Source of the DNA: Obrimoposthia wandeli
Taxonomy: Eukaryota
Direction: 5' to 3'
DNA: 64,000 bases
NCBI GenBank assembly: GCA_977020255.1
Contig: CDROCS010001889.1
Coordinates: forward strand, 310,001-374,000
A program made the translations under genes and the position numbers. Shown piece after piece: positions 62,831 to 64,000 of this stretch; position 1 is the stretch's first letter, and each line of letters opens with the position of its first letter. The notes under the pieces are model-generated. The model saw only the letters and a program-made list of their open reading frames with translations, was not told the DNA's origin and ran no database searches.

Positions 62831-63674
62831 AATTTTTGTTCTGTAAATATTTTCAGACCCGGTTTTCCTTGTTGTGAGAACCGTAAAATAAAAATATAAT
62901 GAAAATCTAAAAGTAAAAAAAACTTATTACATTAAAAGCGTCCTTTCTTCAATTAAATGTCCATTAAGCGCTTCGTAAATTTATTATGTAGAATTTCTTC
63001 TAAGCTTTTGGGAAGTCAATTTTCTATATTTTTTTAATCTTCTTAGTGAAAGACTCTTGCTGGTATTTAACTGGTCAAATTCATAAAACTAATAGCAAAG
63101 GCCAAGCTGGGCTAATTATGGGTTTCAACTGTGTAAGTACTGGGTTGGTCTCAGCATGAATTTTGCAGAACCAAAATAATAATTTCCCATATTTGAGTCT
63201 ATAACTAGGTTTTGTTACATTTAACAAATCAGTACACCATGGTTTCATCGCATTTAAACAACTTTGTATGAGAAATGTTAAATGAAAACATTTTTTATAG
63301 TTCAGCTAATGATAAGTTCATCGATTTCTAATAAAAGACAATATAAGAAAATAAAAGAAATATGAGGAGAATTGGAAATCCAATTAAATTTTACATCAGA
63401 AATGTTCGCTATAAGCAAATTTTTTGTCATAATGTCCCATGAAACATTTAAAAATTAATTATTTTGAGATTTTATTTTGGAATATTGTAAATATAAATGA
63501 AAATATTTATATATTAAAATGAATCTTTTAAGAAATTTGAAACAATTTTCTGATAACTAGATATCTTTTTAGCAACTAACCTTTTGGTACATTTTTAAAA
63601 TTTTCTTATTAATATAGAGACGGGGATTTTAAGGCATAATACAATATAAAGGTTGCATAATTAAAAAACTATTT

Positions 63675-63968
63675 AAAATCGTCAACAAATCAAAAACACC
63701 TTTGCTAAAAATCGATTAAAATCGTCAACAAATCAAAAACACCTATGCTTAAAATCGATTAAAATCGTCAACAAATCAAAAACACCTATGTTAAAAATTG
63801 ATTAAAATCGTCAACAAATCAAAAACACCTATGCTAAAAATCGATTAAAATCGTCAACAAATCAAAAACACCTATGCTAAAAATCGATTAAAATCGTCAA
63901 CAAATCAAAAACACCTATGCTAAAAATCGATTAAAATTGTCAACAAATCAAAAACACCTATACTAAAA
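63675..63968. repeat. 43-bp minisatellite, ~7 copies
   Basis: AAAATCGTCAACAAATCAAAAACACCTATGCTAAAAATCGATT, head-to-tail. Confidence 0.95.
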
Positions 63969-64000
63969 ATAGAAATTTTTTGTTTCAATATTATACAACA

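Noticed and set aside
59597-64000. KCNQ helix C/D exon (PYDV..VIEQY)
   Set aside because: No matching plus-strand frame was found; the GC-richer blocks here are Tc1 or other TE debris. The exon is probably beyond the window or too diverged.

Overview
AT-rich animal genomic DNA (spliceosomal introns, some only 39-51 nt), heavily colonised by transposon and virus-like sequence. I found no rRNA, tRNA or CRISPR array. Two host genes were reconstructed by hand, arranged head-to-head. One is a complete 6-exon tetraspanin (minus, 25990-34160, 230 aa). The other is a strongly diverged KCNQ/Kv7 potassium channel (plus, from 42166; exons traced through helix B at 59596; helix C/D exons not found). The first 25.7 kb is a nest of mobile DNA. 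It holds a decayed Ty3/Gypsy-type element (PBS, gag with two Zn knuckles, class III chuvirus/gB-like env) whose pol fragment lies apart, between two copies of a ~630-bp repeat, and a 2.1-kb solo LTR inserted in env. It also holds a 7.8-kb element with Maverick/Polinton-style termini (AGTAG...CTACT, near 6-bp TSD) that lacks core genes but carries RING-like and disordered-protein cargo. A second AGTAGT-type family has palindromic subterminal repeats around a decayed tyrosine recombinase resembling nudivirus/baculovirus VLF-1. Introns of the two host genes contain Tc1/mariner, MULE, piggyBac-like, BEL/Pao and true Maverick (integrase plus ATPase) remnants, a triple RFX X-box cluster and a perfect 71-bp hairpin. 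All family assignments come from manual translation and remembered motifs; no database search was run.
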